DNA of 24,865 nt from Octopus sinensis (taxonomy: Eukaryota), in the NCBI RefSeq assembly GCF_006345805.1, contig NW_021836198.1, forward strand, positions 1-24,865. The letters run 5' to 3'. The position numbers and the translations under genes were made by a program. Numbering within the stretch: position 1 is the first letter of the stretch; every line of letters begins with the position of its first letter. Under the pieces are notes generated by a model, which had not been told where the DNA came from, made no database searches, and saw nothing but the letters and a program-made list of their open reading frames with translations. Below, piece by piece: positions 21,362 through 24,865 of this stretch.

Positions 21362-21600
21362 TTCAGGAAATACTTTTTTTGTAACTACCATTTTTTTCAT
21401 TAATGAGCAAGAATGTCGTGTTATTTTTTTGGAGCACCTAATCTTGGTCGATTAATGATAGTTCCGTTTTGTTTCCATCGTATAATAATATTCCAAACTG
21501 TACTTTTTAGTAAAATCAGCAATTTGAGTCTTCCACAAAATTTTTGATTTTTCAATAAAGTGCAGTTTTAATGATATTTAGTTGAAATTCATGAAAATCA
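21362..21600 (-). mobile_element. Inverted copy of the Tc1 N-terminal remnant
   Basis: Reverse complement of 5200-5430. Confidence 0.65.
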
Positions 21601-21884
21601 TAATAAAAAATAGGTTAAAAGAATACAAAATTTCATTATAAAAGTTATAAAAACTATCAAAAATAGTAATCATCATTATATAACATGTCAAATTAAAAAA
21701 AGATAGCTGTTCCATGACCTACTAAATCATATTTTGTTTGTTCGTTTTTAGTTAGGAACCAAAATGTATATAAATTACACATCCAGTTTAAGATTGAGGC
21801 AAGCTTGAAAAGAGCTCGAGCATTCATGAAGCGGTTTAATTTTTTCAATGTATCTTTCAGAACAAACACCATACGAAATAACTT

Positions 21885-22810
21885 CTAAAAGACGTTATCA
21901 TTAAGGGAGACATGAATGTTAAACACCCACTTCGGTTTGCTAGACAAACGTCAGACTCAAGAGGGAAGAAACAACTATATCATCTCGGTTTCCTAACGGT
22001 CCTGAATTACCGTACAAAAATTCGAGAACCCCATACAGGCAACTGATAAGATGACATCGTTGCACATCTCTCTCTGCTGTCCCGCCCAGTCTACAATAAC
22101 ATCCTTTATCCTATAATTTCAGAAGTGTGCACAATCCAATTATTTTGAGAATTAAGAAGAACTTTTCACCGAAAGAATGCTTAATCAACTACAAACACAC
22201 GGACTGGATTCTTTACCAAAAGTTTACAGATAAATACTTGCAGAATTTTTTTCTAGGCAATTAAATTCCTCTGGAGAAAATAATTGCCTACGTCAATAGT
22301 TCTATTTTGGTAACTCATTTTAGACTCGGAAAGAAGTCAGTAGTTCTTAACTTCAACAAAAACGAAATATCATTTTGCCCGATTCAGAAAATCTTAGGAG
22401 TTACGTTCGATGCGCACATGTGCTTCTCTCCACACGTAGTCAACGTCTTAACGAAAAGTGAAAAGAAGACCAACATATTGAACTGTCTTTCGGGACGTTA
22501 GAAGTTTAAAAAGCATCAGTCTATACAACCAGTACATCGTGCCTTGTTTCTTGTATATATGCACGGTATGAAGCAACTTCATTTCCTGGTCCAAATAAAG
22601 GAAGATTGAGGCAAGCTTGAAAAGAGCTCGAGCATTCATGAAGCGTAAAAAAAAGCTTTCGACTCTTACAAGCATGGAAGACCTATTGATGTTATATGGA
22701 CGAACAGATGAAGAAATGAAGACAAGGCTCACACGACTACTACGCGTTTGCGGGGGTACTTGTGAGGAGTCTCTGGATCACGAAATGTTATTTGTCCTGT
22801 CTTTTGCATT
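21885..22810 (+). mobile_element. Heavily deleted I/jockey-like LINE (APE, RT end and zinc-knuckle scraps)
   Basis: IIKGDMNVKHP...DSRG..VLN (APE), KILGVTFDAHMCFSPHV...NILNCLSG (RT end), and CGG.CEESLDH (knuckle-like). Confidence 0.7.
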
Positions 22811-23454
22811 CTTAATGAGAAATTGTTATTTTAAATCGAATTTATTTTGTCTAAAAATATCCGAAAAATTTTATCAAACTATTTTTAGAATAAATAAATA
22901 ATTTTCATCTCACGTCAATACATTTGTAAACGCGACCTTTCAAGACGAAAAAGCTCCAATTCCAGTAACCCAAATACTGAATACAACAGATCTAATAAAA
23001 AGGAATAAGTACTCATGATAAAAAAATACAACCAAACTCAGCGAAAATAAAGTAATTTTGTTAAAACATGTCGGAATCGACAAAATGGTCAAAAAATTCT
23101 TTTTGAAAATAAAATAATTTTTAATACTAATTTGTTCTAAATTGTTTAAAAAGTTTTTAAAAAAAGAATAATTTTTTGATAGTCCCAAAGCAGAAACGAC
23201 CTTGGTTACCGGCTCAATCAAAAACCTTCAACTAATTATCATTCTCAGGTTGTACCCTTAAACTGTATGTGTAATTTATTTACATTCTGGAGCCTAACTA
23301 AAAACGAACAAACAAAATATGATTTAGTAAGTCATGGAACGGCTATCTTTTTTTAATTTGACATGTTTTATAATGATAATTATTATTTTTGATAGCTTTT
23401 ATAACTTTTATAATGAAATTTTGTATTCTTTTAACCTATTTTTATTAATGATTT

Positions 23455-23690
23455 TCATGATTTCAACTAAATATCATTAAAACTGCAATTTAATTGAAAA
23501 ATCAAAAATTTTGTGGAAAGACTCAAATTGCTGATATTACTGAAAAGTACAGTTTGGAATATTATTATCCGATGGATACAAGACGGAACTATCATTAATC
23601 GACCAAGATTAGGTGCTCCAAAAAAATAACACGACATTCTTGCTCATTAATGAAAAGATTGGTCGATACAAAAAAAGTATTACTTGAAAA
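23455..23690 (+). mobile_element. Third copy of the Tc1 N-terminal remnant
   Basis: STVWNIIIRWIQDGTIINRPRLGAPKK. Confidence 0.65.
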
Positions 23691-23982
23691 GAAATTTATA
23701 TTCAAGATTGCCTGAGGATGGTAGTTTTTATTTTTGTCATTAATTTTTCCATTTTTCCTTTTTCTCAGAAAATAAACGGCATTACTCTTTGGGAACACTT
23801 TACCTTTTCTATATGTTCTGTACATGAAGCATGATATACATAAAAACACCGTTAAAATTTAGCATTTTAATAATTTTTCTTCTGTTAAAAATGAGTTCTG
23901 ATTAAATATATTTTAAATTTAATTTGTTTCTTTTAATAATTAACAATTAATTAAAATTTATTTAATTGTTATATACTTTCTG

Positions 23983-24555
23983 ATGGTACACGCTATCAAA
24001 CGAGAAAAGACAAAAACTGAATTTGAGGTTGAAGCAATTCTTGGAGTGAGAACAAATAAAAAGAAGCAAAAAGAATATTATAAATAAAATGGAAAAAATT
24101 ATTCAATGTTATTTAATAATTTGTTTATATAAATTAGTGATGATAATACATGGGAACCATAAGAAATTTGCACTGTTCTGAGCTTATTGATGATTTTGAA
24201 AATAAAAATCATAATACCAAAAAAAACAAATCCGAATTACCGAAATAAATTAAAATTAAATACTTATAAAATCAACAAATTGGATAACAATCATCAAAAC
24301 CGTTTATCTTCTACAAGTGTAAGATTCCAATTCATTTGATATTTCAGAGTTCTGAAATCAATTTGAAACAAATTGATAAGATAACAATATTACTCGTGAA
24401 AATGATAATATATTTGTTTATGTGAATTGTATATCTTTATAATATAATTTAAGACAAAACAGTCGAAAGCAACAAAAGATTCCATTAGAGTCTTTACGAG
24501 ACACGTGTCCAGTCATATTGATTAATTTTTTGATCAGTCGAATCAATTTAATTAG
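23983..24555 (+). pseudogene. HP1: HP1-like copy 8 (type A, same subtype as copy 1), many small indels
   Basis: Shares copy 1's diagnostic bases (ATAAGA, GTTTATGTG) and its downstream Helitron insertion; the indel pattern resembles read error. Confidence 0.75.
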
Positions 24556-24598
24556 ATGTAATTTGAAATTTTTTTGCCTAATGAATAATGTTTTCACA

Positions 24599-24865
24599 TC
24601 TTAATAAAATAGGTATATGGTGTGGTTGTCTGTCTGTCTGTCTGTGTGTGCACACCAACTTCAAATTGGCAATACGATGTCCTCGACTTACATGATGAGG
24701 TCCTAAAACCTTCCCCCCAAAAAAATTAAAAAAAAATTTTCTGCATTTGGTTAAAATGAACAACTACAATGTCCTCGACTTACATGATGAAGTCCTTAAA
24801 ACCTTCCCCCAAACAAATTAAAAAAAATTTCTGCATTTTGGTTAAAATGAACAACTACAATGTCC
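24599..24865 (+). mobile_element. 5' part of a second copy of the Helitron, at the same site as 725, running off the window
   Basis: TCACA|TCTTAATAAAAT...(TCTG)n, then the ~95-bp minisatellite from 24677. Confidence 0.88.

Noticed and set aside
1-24865. Assigning the host species
   Set aside because: Tiny introns, AT richness and this TE set fit several compact eukaryote lineages, and there is no marker gene in the window to decide.

Overview
AT-rich eukaryotic DNA from an organism with very small (27-31 nt) GT-AG introns; there are no prokaryotic features. The window is a dense transposon graveyard built around a repeatedly copied HP1-like gene (chromodomain + hinge + chromoshadow, 4 exons, 162 aa). 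The ORF track misses this gene because of the tiny introns. Eight copies occur in 25 kb. One is intact (106-681). Four are full-length but carry homopolymer-type indels that may be long-read errors. One is inverted and split by a 794-bp Ginger-like TIR element. Two are truncated by a different TGTC-starting element at exactly the same nucleotide. The copies fall into two sequence types. They sit among Tc1 transposase remnants (N-terminus upstream; C-terminus plus TIR downstream), Helitrons carrying a ~95-bp minisatellite, and fragments of CRE, RTE, I/jockey-like and R4/NeSL-like non-LTR retrotransposons. Larger structure: a ~4.09-kb tandem duplication, a head-to-head inverted pair of HP1 cassettes, and ~1 kb of near-identity between the two window ends. 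All family calls come from manual translation and motif recognition; no database searches were run.
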